Positions 30,011 to 38,627 of a DNA stretch of 64,000 nucleotides are shown piece by piece; within the stretch, counting starts at the first letter, position 1, and each line of letters opens with the position of its first letter. The DNA lies in contig CAMQHT010000002.1 in the NCBI GenBank assembly GCA_947001705.1, forward strand, positions 25,702 to 89,701, read 5' to 3'. This stretch comes from an uncultured Collinsella sp. (GTDB lineage Bacteria > Actinomycetota > Coriobacteriia > Coriobacteriales > Coriobacteriaceae). The position numbers and the translations under genes are program-made. Under the pieces are notes generated by a model, which searched no databases, had not been told where the DNA came from, and saw only the letters and a program-made list of their open reading frames with translations.

Positions 30011-31672
30011 ATGAAAACAACCAAGAACATCGCACGCCTGGCAGTAACCGCCGGCCTCACCGCAGCCCTGAGCTTCGGCGGCGTGATGGCGACAGTCACG
30101 ATGGCGTTTGCTGCGGAGGGTGCTGCCCCCAGCTATTCGCTCACGATTAACAAGTCCGTGGACAATGACTCCACTTCGTTCAAGGCGTATCAGATTTTTA
30201 AGGCTGACGTTATTGACGGAAAGTCCGGTAAGGTTGCGTCCAACATTGAGTGGGCGAGTGATGACGCAGAGACTGCGGTCCTGAAGGTGCTTGTTGATAA
30301 TAATGCCCCAGGGATTACCTTAGACTCGACCGCTTCTGACGTTGCCGACTACCTTTCCAAGATCACTGATACCACTGATACCACGAGTCTGCCGCAGAGC
30401 AGCATCCTTAACAAGATTGCCTTGGCTGTAGAGAAGAGTGTTACCGCTACGGGCGATTCCTTTGCCGCCGGTCGCGCTTTCACCACTACGAGCGCTGGCT
30501 ACTACCTGTTCATGACCGATACCGACTCGCTCAGTGCGAATGAGAAGCAGACTGGTACCTCGCCGATCTTTGCAGTCGTGGGCGGCAACGCAGTGGTCGT
30601 TACCGAGAAGACGAGCATCCCGACCGTGACGAAGCAGGTCAAGGACGATGGTGCGGACAACGACTGGAAGTACAAGGCGGACTCCCAGATGGGTCAGACC
30701 GTTCAGTACAAGCTGACCGGCACGGTTGCAAGCAATGTCGACACGTTCAGCACCTACTATTATGAGTTCCACGATGAGCTGTCTGCCGGTTTGACTGTTG
30801 ATAAGTCCACTGTCAAGGCCGTGATTGGTGAGACTCAGATCACGCCTACTTCTGTGACCGTGTCTGATCCCGATTCAAATGGCAGAACGGTCTTGAGCGT
30901 AAAGTTTGACGATCTTAAGGCTGCCGCCACGGCGGTCGGCGTCACTGTCGGCGAGCATACAAGGGTCGTTGTCACGTACAGCGCCAAGCTCGACCCGAAT
31001 AAGTCCCAGCATGTCGTTGTCGGTGGCACGGGCAACTCCAACACCGTCAAGCTCATCTACTCCAACAACCCTGGCCACGATTCCCGGGGTGAGTCTGTGC
31101 CCGACACCGTGCGCGACTACACCTATGCGCTCAAGCTCGTCAAGAAGGACGCGACGGATGAGAATAAGATACTTAAGGGCGTAAAGTTCACCATCCGTGC
31201 CACTGATCCCGACGATATTGCATCCAAGGACATGTATGTCCAGGAGAATGGCTCCCTCGGTACTGAGGCTTATGAGTTCACGACCACCGACTCCGGCGAG
31301 ATTAACGTCAAGGGCCTCGATGCCGGCACCTACACCGTCAAGGAGACCCATACGCTCGCCCGCTATAACACCATCCCCGAGTTCACCTTCACCATCAAAG
31401 CCATTGGATTCAACCAAGCAGAGGGAGAGGGAGAAAACAAGATTACGGTCGAGACGAGCACCAGGGGTTCCAATTTGGTCGAGGTTGACACGACTAACAC
31501 GGACAACGGTACTGCTGCCTTGATCGTCAAAAACAAGCAGGGTTCCGGCCTCCCGCTCACCGGCCTTAACGGCGTGACGTTCACTTGGATCGCTGGTGGC
31601 GCGGTGCTGTGCATCGGCGTGGCTCACCTCATCCGCAGTCGTAAGCAGGCTGAGGAGTCCGAGCAGGAGTAA
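30011..31672 (+). CDS. Major (backbone) pilin, SpaA/FimA-like, LPLTG sorting signal
   Basis: FKAYQIF, EKTSIPTVTKQV, YEFHDELSAGL, YSNNP, YTVKET E-box, LPLTG + TM. Confidence 0.9.
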   Translation: MKTTKNIARLAVTAGLTAALSFGGVMATVTMAFAAEGAAPSYSLTINKSVDNDSTSFKAYQIFKADVIDGKSGKVASNIEWASDDAETAVLKVLVDNNAPGITLDSTASDVADYLSKITDTTDTTSLPQSSILNKIALAVEKSVTATGDSFAAGRAFTTTSAGYYLFMTDTDSLSANEKQTGTSPIFAVVGGNAVVVTEKTSIPTVTKQVKDDGADNDWKYKADSQMGQTVQYKLTGTVASNVDTFSTYYYEFHDELSAGLTVDKSTVKAVIGETQITPTSVTVSDPDSNGRTVLSVKFDDLKAAATAVGVTVGEHTRVVVTYSAKLDPNKSQHVVVGGTGNSNTVKLIYSNNPGHDSRGESVPDTVRDYTYALKLVKKDATDENKILKGVKFTIRATDPDDIASKDMYVQENGSLGTEAYEFTTTDSGEINVKGLDAGTYTVKETHTLARYNTIPEFTFTIKAIGFNQAEGEGENKITVETSTRGSNLVEVDTTNTDNGTAALIVKNKQGSGLPLTGLNGVTFTWIAGGAVLCIGVAHLIRSRKQAEESEQE

Positions 31673-31772
31673 CGCTCACTCACCCATCCCTTTGGCGGGT
31701 GGGATGTGATGGCCGTGAGACTTGCGGACACTTTTCTCGTCCATCCACGTTCTTGCTTTGCCATTCTCTTTT

Positions 31773-31809
31773 CGGGGCAGACTCCGCGCTGGAGTTTGCC
31801 CCGTTTTTT
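31773..31809 (+). terminator. Terminator closing the pilin transcript
   Basis: cggggcagactcc-gcgct-ggagtttgccccg followed by tttttt. Confidence 0.8.
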
Positions 31810-31975
31810 GGATATAGCAGCCAAGCTCCATTGCCCGATGGATCGAGCGTATGACTATCGAACAGATGTTTGCAATTATTGCGTTTACCAGCTGTTGGTG
31901 CATACACTCGCAGTAAAATGGCTTTGCGACGCATCCCGTGCGCGGGCGGCCGACGACTCGATCGGAGGTCCCCAA

Positions 31976-32125
31976 ATGCTGAAATTCCTTAACGCGCTCG
32001 CCGCCCTCGCGGCGGTGGGCTCGTTCGTCATCGCGTTTCTTGACTCGTATGAAGTTCGGTTTAAGGTCCGTAGGCGCACGCGCGGTGCGGACGGTGGACG
32101 GCATTTGCGCCGCAAGCGCAAATAA
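31976..32125 (+). CDS. 49-aa membrane peptide, candidate type I toxin
   Basis: MLKFLNALAALAAVGSFVIAFLDSYEVRFKVRRRTRGADGGRHLRRKRK; GGAGG RBS at 31964-31968; TAAAAT at 31914-31919. Confidence 0.65.
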   Translation: MLKFLNALAALAAVGSFVIAFLDSYEVRFKVRRRTRGADGGRHLRRKRK

Positions 32126-32218
32126 GAATGCCCGGGGGTCGGATCCCGGGCATTTAACAAAAACTGAAAACTAGGCCGCCCGCGCTCCTAAGTACTTACG
32201 CGGGATGCGTCGTTTCCT
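32120..32218 (-). ncRNA. Candidate antisense antitoxin RNA (about 95 nt)
   Basis: Minus-strand -10 TACAAT at 32225-32230; hairpin at 32127-32154 followed by U-rich cttattt on the minus strand; ends are inferred. Confidence 0.45.
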
Positions 32219-32387
32219 ATTGACATTGTATCCCGAATCGCTCCGCCGATCCGTGATATTTTGAAAACTCAAATGTGGGCTCATGCTCGCGCTGCGCAAT
32301 GCCGCTGAGCTGCGTTGCCCGCAGCAGAAGCTCGCTAATCGGCTATTATTTGTTTAGACAACCTGAGCTGTAGAGGAGTGATCGGCG

Positions 32388-33326
32388 ATGGTGCAGGGCG
32401 CCAAGCATATGAAGAGCAATAACGCCGCGGACAACGGCGGCTCAAGCCCTCAGCCCAAACCTCAACCAAAGCCCAAGCGCCGCCGCAAGCGACTGCCGCG
32501 CTGGGCCGATCGGCTCATCACCATCGTGATCATCCTTGTTGGCGTGGGCCTTATGACCTGGCCGTGGATCTTGGACCGGCTCGAGGCCTCGGGCGTGTTC
32601 AACCAGATCAGCACCGTGTCCAGCACTGTGGACGCGCTGTCTGCCGAGGAGCGCGAGCGCATTCTGCTCCAGGCTCGCTCCTTTAACGAGCAGCTGGCGG
32701 GTGAGGTCACCGAGCTTCCCGACGATCAGATTGAGCCCTACGCCCAGCAGCTCATCTTTGACCGCGACCCCATGATGAGCTGGATCGAAATCCCCTCCAT
32801 CGACGTGAGCATGCCCATCTACCACGGCACGAGCGAGGAGGTCCTCATGGCGGGTGTCGGCCACCTGGAGGGCACGAGCCTGCCAGTGGGCGGCACCTCG
32901 ACGCATTGCGTGCTCACCGCGCACTCGGGCATGCGCAATCTGAGCATGTTCGACGACATCCGCTTGCTAGAGCCCGGCGACCTGGTGCTGCTGCACACCA
33001 TGAACAAGACGCTCGCCTACAAGATGGTGGACTCCGAGGTGGTGCTGCCCGAGGAGATGGAGTCACTGACCATCGAGCCCGGTGCCGACAAGGTGACGCT
33101 CGTTACCTGCACGCCCTACGGCGTGAACGACCATCGCCTGCTGGTGCATTGCGTGCGCACCAAGTACAACAAGAAGGACGTCGACAAGCAAAAGTCGCTG
33201 GCCGGCCGCCACTGGGGCAAGCGCGAGTTTGCCGTGCTCATCGTGGTCGTGGCCATTGTGCTGTTGCTGCTGGACATCGTGATCCACGCGGTCCGCAAGC
33301 GCCGCAAGGCCAAGGCCTCGGCATAA
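32388..33326 (+). CDS. srtC: Class C (pilus) sortase
   Basis: N-terminal TM; GVGHLEGTSLPVGG..THCVLTAHSG; TLVTCTPYGVNDHRLLV; C-terminal TM. Confidence 0.95.
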   Translation: MVQGAKHMKSNNAADNGGSSPQPKPQPKPKRRRKRLPRWADRLITIVIILVGVGLMTWPWILDRLEASGVFNQISTVSSTVDALSAEERERILLQARSFNEQLAGEVTELPDDQIEPYAQQLIFDRDPMMSWIEIPSIDVSMPIYHGTSEEVLMAGVGHLEGTSLPVGGTSTHCVLTAHSGMRNLSMFDDIRLLEPGDLVLLHTMNKTLAYKMVDSEVVLPEEMESLTIEPGADKVTLVTCTPYGVNDHRLLVHCVRTKYNKKDVDKQKSLAGRHWGKREFAVLIVVVAIVLLLLDIVIHAVRKRRKAKASA

Positions 33327-33340
33327 GACATTCTCCAGAA

Positions 33341-33525
33341 CCACCACAATGGGGACAGGCACCTTTGTGGTGGCCGGGACTTCCAAACCGTCACAACATT
33401 CGATGAAAATCTCGATTTTGACGAAAAGTGTCGAATGTTGTGATGGTTATCGCTGTGGGCAGGACGGTTTTCGTTGTGGGCGAGACGGTTTTCGCTATGG
33501 ACGGTGCGGTTTCGCTGCAGAACCG
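33341..33525. repeat. Mosaic repeat cluster: class A (33341-33373), class B (33385-33449) and about 3.5 copies of a 21-bp tandem unit (from 33445)
   Basis: ggttatcgctgtgggcaggac / ggttttcgttgtgggcgagac / ggttttcgctatggacggtgc at 21-bp spacing. Confidence 0.8.
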
Positions 33526-33650
33526 CCAGCCCGCAGCCTGCCAACCGCCGCCCTCGTTACGTTTTCGCTGCATTTGGGTAAAGCACCTGCTCCAAGCGGC
33601 GTTGCCCTGTATACTAGAGCGGTTTAACTGTTATGCGGAAGGGAGCGCCT

Positions 33651-33962
33651 ATGGCACTCAGCGAGAAAGACGTGCGAGGCATCGCCGAGTACGCAAAGAT
33701 CGCACTGACCGATGACGAGCTCACCCAGATGACGTCCTACATGAACGACGCCGTCCAGATGCTCGAGCCCGTCTTGCAATATGACTTGCCCGACGTGGAG
33801 CCCACGTTCCATCCCATCGGAAGCCTGTCCAACGTGATGGGCGATGACCTGCGCGAGCCCGAGCGCGACCTGCCGCTCGACGTCGCGCTCGAAAACGCCG
33901 GCAGCGCGCGCGACCGCTACTTCCGCGTGCCGTCCATTTTGGGAGAGGGGGAGAGCGAGTAA
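33651..33962 (+). CDS. gatC: Asp/Glu-tRNA amidotransferase subunit C
   Basis: DVRGIAEYAKIAL, DVEPTFHP, YFRVPSIL; directly upstream of gatA. Confidence 0.93.
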   Translation: MALSEKDVRGIAEYAKIALTDDELTQMTSYMNDAVQMLEPVLQYDLPDVEPTFHPIGSLSNVMGDDLREPERDLPLDVALENAGSARDRYFRVPSILGEGESE

Positions 33963-35476
33963 TGGCGCAGAGCTTCGATTCCCTTACCGCCGCCCAGATC
34001 GCCGCGGGCGTTTCTGCCGGCGACTTTACCGCTACCGAGGTGGCCCAGGCCTCCCTTGCCGCCATCGAGGCGCGCGAGGGCGGGGTCCAGGCATTCCTGC
34101 AGGTGGCGCCCGAGCTTGCGCTCGAGGCCGCTGCGCGCGTGGATGCCGACCGTGCCGCAGGCAAGCCGCTGCCCCCGCTTGCGGGCGTGCCGCTAGCCAT
34201 CAAGGACAACATGAACCTCGTGGGCACGCGCACCACCTGCGCTTCCCGCATGCTTGGGGACTACCAGAGCGTCTACACCGCCACCTGTGTCCAGCGCATG
34301 CTCGACGCCGGCTGCCTGCCCATGGGCAAGGCCAACATGGATGAGTTTGCCTTTGGCAGCTCCACCGAGAGCTCGGCGTTCCACCGCACCAACAACCCCT
34401 GGGATACCGAACGCGTGCCCGGCGGCTCCTCGGGCGGCTCCGCTGCCGCCGTCGCCGCGGGCGAGGTCGCGCTCTCGCTGGGCTCGGACACCGGCGGCTC
34501 CATTCGCCAGCCGGCGTCGCTGTGCGGCGTGGTGGGCTTTAAGCCCACGTATGGCGCCGTGAGCCGTTACGGCGTGGTTGCCTTTGGCTCGTCGCTCGAC
34601 CAGGTGGGGCCCTTTGGCCGCACGGTCGAGGATGTCGCGCTGGCCATGAACGCGCTTACTGGCGCGGGCCACGATCCGTACGACTGCACCAGCCAGGACT
34701 GTGCCGTCGACTTTACCGAGCACCTCAACGACAGCATCGAGGGCAAGCGCGTGGGTATCATCCCCGCGTTTATGGAGGCCGAGGGTCTGACGCCCGAGGT
34801 CAAGGCCGCTGTTCAGCGCGCCGCCCAGGAGCTGCAGAACCAGGGCGCCGAGCTCGTGGAGGTCGACCTGCCGCACCTGGACGCCGCCATCGCCGCCTAC
34901 TACGTTATCGGCCCGGCCGAGGCGTTCTCCAACCTGGCTCGCTTCGATGGCATTCGCTACGGCTATCAGGAGGAGGGCTGCGCCAACCTGTCCGACCAGA
35001 GCTCGCTTTCGCGCGCCCACGGCTTTGGCGCCGAGGCCAAGCGCCGTCAGATGCTCGGCGCCTACCTGCTGAGCTCGGGCGTGTACGACAAGTACTACTA
35101 CGCAGCGCAAAAGGCCCGCACGCTCATCACGCAGGACTACGACGCCGCGTATGCCAAGGTGGACACCATCCTCATGCCTGCCTCGCCGCGCACGGCCTTT
35201 AAGTTTGGCGAGATCAGCGACCCCACGCAGATGTACCTCTCCGACCTGTACACCATTTCGCTCAACATCTGCGGTAACGGCGGTATCTCGGTGCCGCTGG
35301 GCCTGGGCGAGGATACTCATCTGCCTGTTTCTGCCCAGCTGGTGGGTCCGGCCTTTAAGGACCGTCAGCTGCTCACGTTTGCCCGCGCCTTGGAGCGCGG
35401 CTTTGCCGATGCCGCCACGGGTGCGCCCGCGCTTTCCGTCGCGCCCGATTTTGCCGGGAAGGGAGGCGAGCTGTAA
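33962..35476 (+). CDS. gatA: Asp/Glu-tRNA amidotransferase subunit A
   Basis: IKDN, KANMDEFAFGSSTE, PGGSSGGSAAAV, GSDTGGSIRQPA, RHG-like RAHGFG.EAKRR. Confidence 0.97.
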   Translation: MAQSFDSLTAAQIAAGVSAGDFTATEVAQASLAAIEAREGGVQAFLQVAPELALEAAARVDADRAAGKPLPPLAGVPLAIKDNMNLVGTRTTCASRMLGDYQSVYTATCVQRMLDAGCLPMGKANMDEFAFGSSTESSAFHRTNNPWDTERVPGGSSGGSAAAVAAGEVALSLGSDTGGSIRQPASLCGVVGFKPTYGAVSRYGVVAFGSSLDQVGPFGRTVEDVALAMNALTGAGHDPYDCTSQDCAVDFTEHLNDSIEGKRVGIIPAFMEAEGLTPEVKAAVQRAAQELQNQGAELVEVDLPHLDAAIAAYYVIGPAEAFSNLARFDGIRYGYQEEGCANLSDQSSLSRAHGFGAEAKRRQMLGAYLLSSGVYDKYYYAAQKARTLITQDYDAAYAKVDTILMPASPRTAFKFGEISDPTQMYLSDLYTISLNICGNGGISVPLGLGEDTHLPVSAQLVGPAFKDRQLLTFARALERGFADAATGAPALSVAPDFAGKGGEL

Positions 35477-37152
35477 TGAAGGAGCTTTCCGAGGTCCTGC
35501 AGGATTGGGAGGCCGTGATCGGCCTGGAGATCCATACCGAGCTCACCGCACTCGATACCAAGATGTTCTGCAACTGCAAGCTTAGCCACGATGACGAGCC
35601 CAACGCCAACGTGTGTCCGGTGTGTCTGGGCCTGCCCGGCGCCCTGCCGGTGCCCAATAAGCGCGCCATCGAGAGCATCGTCAAGGCCGGTCTCGCCACC
35701 AACTGCGAGATCCAGCGCCACTCGATGTTCTACCGCAAGCACTACTTCTATCCCGATATGGCCAAGAACTTCCAGACCACGCAGGGTCCGGTCGCTTTTG
35801 CCATGTACGGCCACCTGGATCTTGATGTGACCGGTCGCGGTGCCGCCGAGCGCCCCGACTGCGCGTTTGGCGAGGCCGAGGCCCAGAGCCTGGCGAGTGC
35901 CTCGGCCAACGCCGAGGGCCTGTCCACGTCCATGTCTTCGACCATGCGCGAGGGCAATCAGCGCGCCGGCCACCTGGCCAGCTACGACGCGTCCAACCTG
36001 CAGATGCCCGAGCGTCGCGAGGACGGTTCCTACACGGTGCCCATCCGCATCCTGCGCATCCACATGGAGGAGGACGCCGCCAAGATGGTCCACGTGGGTG
36101 GCGCCGAGGGCCGCATTACCGCCGCGGCCGAGTCGCTCGTCGACTACAACCGCTGCGGCACGCCGCTCATCGAGCTTGTAACTGAGCCCGACTTGCGTAC
36201 GCCCGAGGAGGCTCGCCTGTTTATGGAGAAGCTCCGTCGCATCTTTGTGACGCTTGGCATTTCCGACTGCTCCATGGAGAAGGGTTCCATGCGCTGCGAC
36301 GGCAACGTGTCGCTGCGCCGCCGCGGCGAGACCAAGCTGGGCACCAAGACCGAGCTCAAGAACCTCAACTCGTTTAAGAGCCTGCATGACGGCCTTGCCT
36401 ACGAGATCTGCCGCCAGGCAGAGGTACTCGAGGAGGGCGGCATTATCTACCAGGAGACCCGCCACTGGGAGCCCAGCCGCAAGCGCACCGTGGTCATGCG
36501 TGTGAAGGAGACGGCCGACGACTATCGCCTGTTCCCCGATCCCGACCTGGCGCCGTTCGACCTGGACGACGAGTTTATCGATCGTTGCCGTGGCGAGATC
36601 CCCGAGCTGCCCGATGCCAAGCGCGCTCGTTTTGAGGCCGACTTTGGCATTAAGACGGCCGACGCCGAGCAGATTGCCGGCGACCCGGAGTTTGCCGAGT
36701 TCTTTGAGGCCGCCGCTGCCGGTATGGCTGGCAAGGAGGCCCAGACGGTCGCAAACCTGCTGGTCAACGAGATGATCGCCTACCTTAAGGGAGCGGGTGT
36801 GTCGCTCGCCGAGTCCGGCATCGCGCCGGCTCAGGTGACAGCTCTTGCCAAACTGCTGGCGACTGATGCAATCAGCTCCAACCAGGCGCACGAGGTCTTT
36901 GAGGCCATGGCCCAGACCGGCGACGACCCCAACAAGATCGTCGACGAGCGTGGTATGCGTCAGGTGAGCGATGCCGGCGCGCTGCAGCCGATTGTGGACG
37001 AGGTGCTGGCAAACTGTGCCGAGCAGGCGCAGCAGTATCGTGACGGCAACCAGAAGGTTATCGGCTTTTTGGTGGGCCAGTGCATGAAGGCGAGCCGCGG
37101 CAAGGGCAACCCGAAGCTCTTCAACGAGTTGCTGAGAACGTCGCTCTCGTAG
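35476..37152 (+). CDS. gatB: Asp/Glu-tRNA amidotransferase subunit B, with a large internal insertion
   Basis: VIGLEIH, CPVCLGLPGALP, RKHYFYPD, HMEEDAAK, DYNRCGTPLIE, MRCDGNVS, ELKNLNS. Confidence 0.97.
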   Translation: MKELSEVLQDWEAVIGLEIHTELTALDTKMFCNCKLSHDDEPNANVCPVCLGLPGALPVPNKRAIESIVKAGLATNCEIQRHSMFYRKHYFYPDMAKNFQTTQGPVAFAMYGHLDLDVTGRGAAERPDCAFGEAEAQSLASASANAEGLSTSMSSTMREGNQRAGHLASYDASNLQMPERREDGSYTVPIRILRIHMEEDAAKMVHVGGAEGRITAAAESLVDYNRCGTPLIELVTEPDLRTPEEARLFMEKLRRIFVTLGISDCSMEKGSMRCDGNVSLRRRGETKLGTKTELKNLNSFKSLHDGLAYEICRQAEVLEEGGIIYQETRHWEPSRKRTVVMRVKETADDYRLFPDPDLAPFDLDDEFIDRCRGEIPELPDAKRARFEADFGIKTADAEQIAGDPEFAEFFEAAAAGMAGKEAQTVANLLVNEMIAYLKGAGVSLAESGIAPAQVTALAKLLATDAISSNQAHEVFEAMAQTGDDPNKIVDERGMRQVSDAGALQPIVDEVLANCAEQAQQYRDGNQKVIGFLVGQCMKASRGKGNPKLFNELLRTSLS

Positions 37153-37158
37153 CTGCGA

Positions 37159-37301
37159 GGCCGGGGAAGCCCCGAGTCGCCGGGGTATTTCCTCCAAATT
37201 TCAAACAGTCCTATGCAAGACGAAGGCCACATTTAGTGGCCTTCTTTGCATGCGGAACTCATTTGGAGCAAACACCCCGGCGACTCGGGGCTTCCCCGGC
37301 C
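37159..37301. repeat. 143-bp nested palindromic element
   Basis: Perfect 27-bp inverted repeat (37159-37185 / 37275-37301) enclosing gaaggccac-attta-gtggccttc. Confidence 0.85.
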
Positions 37302-37510
37302 AGACGACTCGGCCGTTCGGGTCAGGCGGGGCTGAATGGAATAGAGTGAATGGGCGCGCCGTTGGCGCGCCCATTGTTTTGGAGGGAACTCATTTTGAGC
37401 AAGCACCCGCCCTGCCGGGGCTCCCGGGTTCTGCAACGACTCGGCCGTTCGGGTCAGGTGGGCTGGATTGAATTTGGTGAATGAGGGCGCCGTTGGTGCC
37501 TTCATTCTTT
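37254..37510. repeat. Two imperfect tandem units of about 132 bp
   Basis: ggaactcattt(g/t)gagcaa at 37254 and 37386; shared acgactcggccgttcgggtcagg and a terminal hairpin with a cgttg loop. Confidence 0.75.
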
Positions 37511-38513
37511 ATATATGTTGGGAGCGCCAAGCGGTGGGGGTGGTGCCGGTGTGTTGCTTGAAGGCTTGGGCGAAGGCGGCCTGCTGAGGGTAGCCTAGAC
37601 GCTCTGCCACCTGCGCTATCGTCAGCGAGCTGTCGGCCAAAAGGTCCTGTGCTCGCTCCATACGGCGTCTGCGGATGTAGGCGCCCAGGGACTCGCCAGT
37701 TTGGGCCTTAAAGGTGGCGCATAGCTTGGAGCGGCTTGTGTAGAGCCTCTCGGCCACTTCGTTGACACCCACACGCCTGCCTTTGTCGAGCGCGCACTCA
37801 ATCATCGCCGTTGCTTCTTCGGCAATGGTTATGCTGGCGCGTGTGTCTGCCGCCCGCCGCGCCTGCTTGTGGGCCGCGCGCGAACAGGCGAGCTCCGCGA
37901 CCATGGTCTCCACGATGCCTTGCATATAGACGTGTCCGCCTACGGTGCGGGCGCGGTCCTCGTTAATCCGGCGCAGCGTGTGGCAGATGGCAGACGTCGC
38001 CTCCTCGTGCCACGACTCGGCAAACGCTTCAAAGACTCCTACGAACTCAGTGGGATACCGATGCTCCAGCTCGTCAAAATACCCGGGCAAAAAGAGCACC
38101 GAGCGCGAGTGATAAAGCTGCCCTGCAAACAGCGGACTTAGCTCCTCGCCGCAGCTATCTTGGATAAAGCTGCACACCGCGCTGTTCGGCCACGGTCCAT
38201 GCAGGGGTTTAAGGTTCGCAGGCGTTATGCCGGCTTCGGGCATGCACATGAGCGTGGGCGCGCTGACCTCGCTCACGCACGCGTACGGTTCGGGTGTGTA
38301 TTCGGCCAGGTACATATCGTGCGTCGGGGTAATGTAATGCTCCATGACGATGCAGGCAGGGGAGAGGGGCATGATCCATGCGCGTCCGTGCGCCCGATCG
38401 TTTGCCACCTCGCCGGTAAAGACGGCGCCCTTGCCGGTAAGCTCCAGGCCAAACTGCTCAAACTGCGGTGCATAGAGCTCGGTTATGTCGGTCGCTGCCC
38501 GCCGTATTTGCAA
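37509..38513 (-). CDS. AraC family regulator (PchR/YbtA-like), divergent from an ABC pair
   Basis: C-terminal double HTH VAERLYTSRSKL..FKAQTGESL..YIRRRRM..A..LL, LTIAQVAERLGY..FAQAFK..GTTP. Confidence 0.9.
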   Translation of the reverse strand: MQIRRAATDITELYAPQFEQFGLELTGKGAVFTGEVANDRAHGRAWIMPLSPACIVMEHYITPTHDMYLAEYTPEPYACVSEVSAPTLMCMPEAGITPANLKPLHGPWPNSAVCSFIQDSCGEELSPLFAGQLYHSRSVLFLPGYFDELEHRYPTEFVGVFEAFAESWHEEATSAICHTLRRINEDRARTVGGHVYMQGIVETMVAELACSRAAHKQARRAADTRASITIAEEATAMIECALDKGRRVGVNEVAERLYTSRSKLCATFKAQTGESLGAYIRRRRMERAQDLLADSSLTIAQVAERLGYPQQAAFAQAFKQHTGTTPTAWRSQHI

Positions 38514-38557
38514 AAGCGTCCCTTTCCTTTGCAGAAACGTCCACGCCTGGCTCGATT

Positions 38558-38573
38558 GTGAGCCATGGCTAAC
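38558..38573. promoter_or_regulatory. Palindromic operator, DtxR-like
   Basis: gtgagccatggctaac; a near-identical site is at 42277-42296. Confidence 0.6.
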
Positions 38574-38627
38574 ACATCAATGATAAGTTCATTACGGTTA
38601 ACTCTCAAGCCGTTAGAAAGGAATCTC

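Noticed and set aside
31676-32160. Minus-strand 142-aa and 91-aa ORFs and the longer 139-aa plus-strand reading
   Set aside because: They cross terminators and lack an RBS; the 49-aa ORF from ATG 31976 has the RBS and promoter
33445-33525. CRISPR-like 21-bp repeats
   Set aside because: Contiguous degenerate tandem units without spacers
35830-36039. Intein in gatB
   Set aside because: No N-terminal Cys/Ser block, no His-Asn C-terminus, and too short
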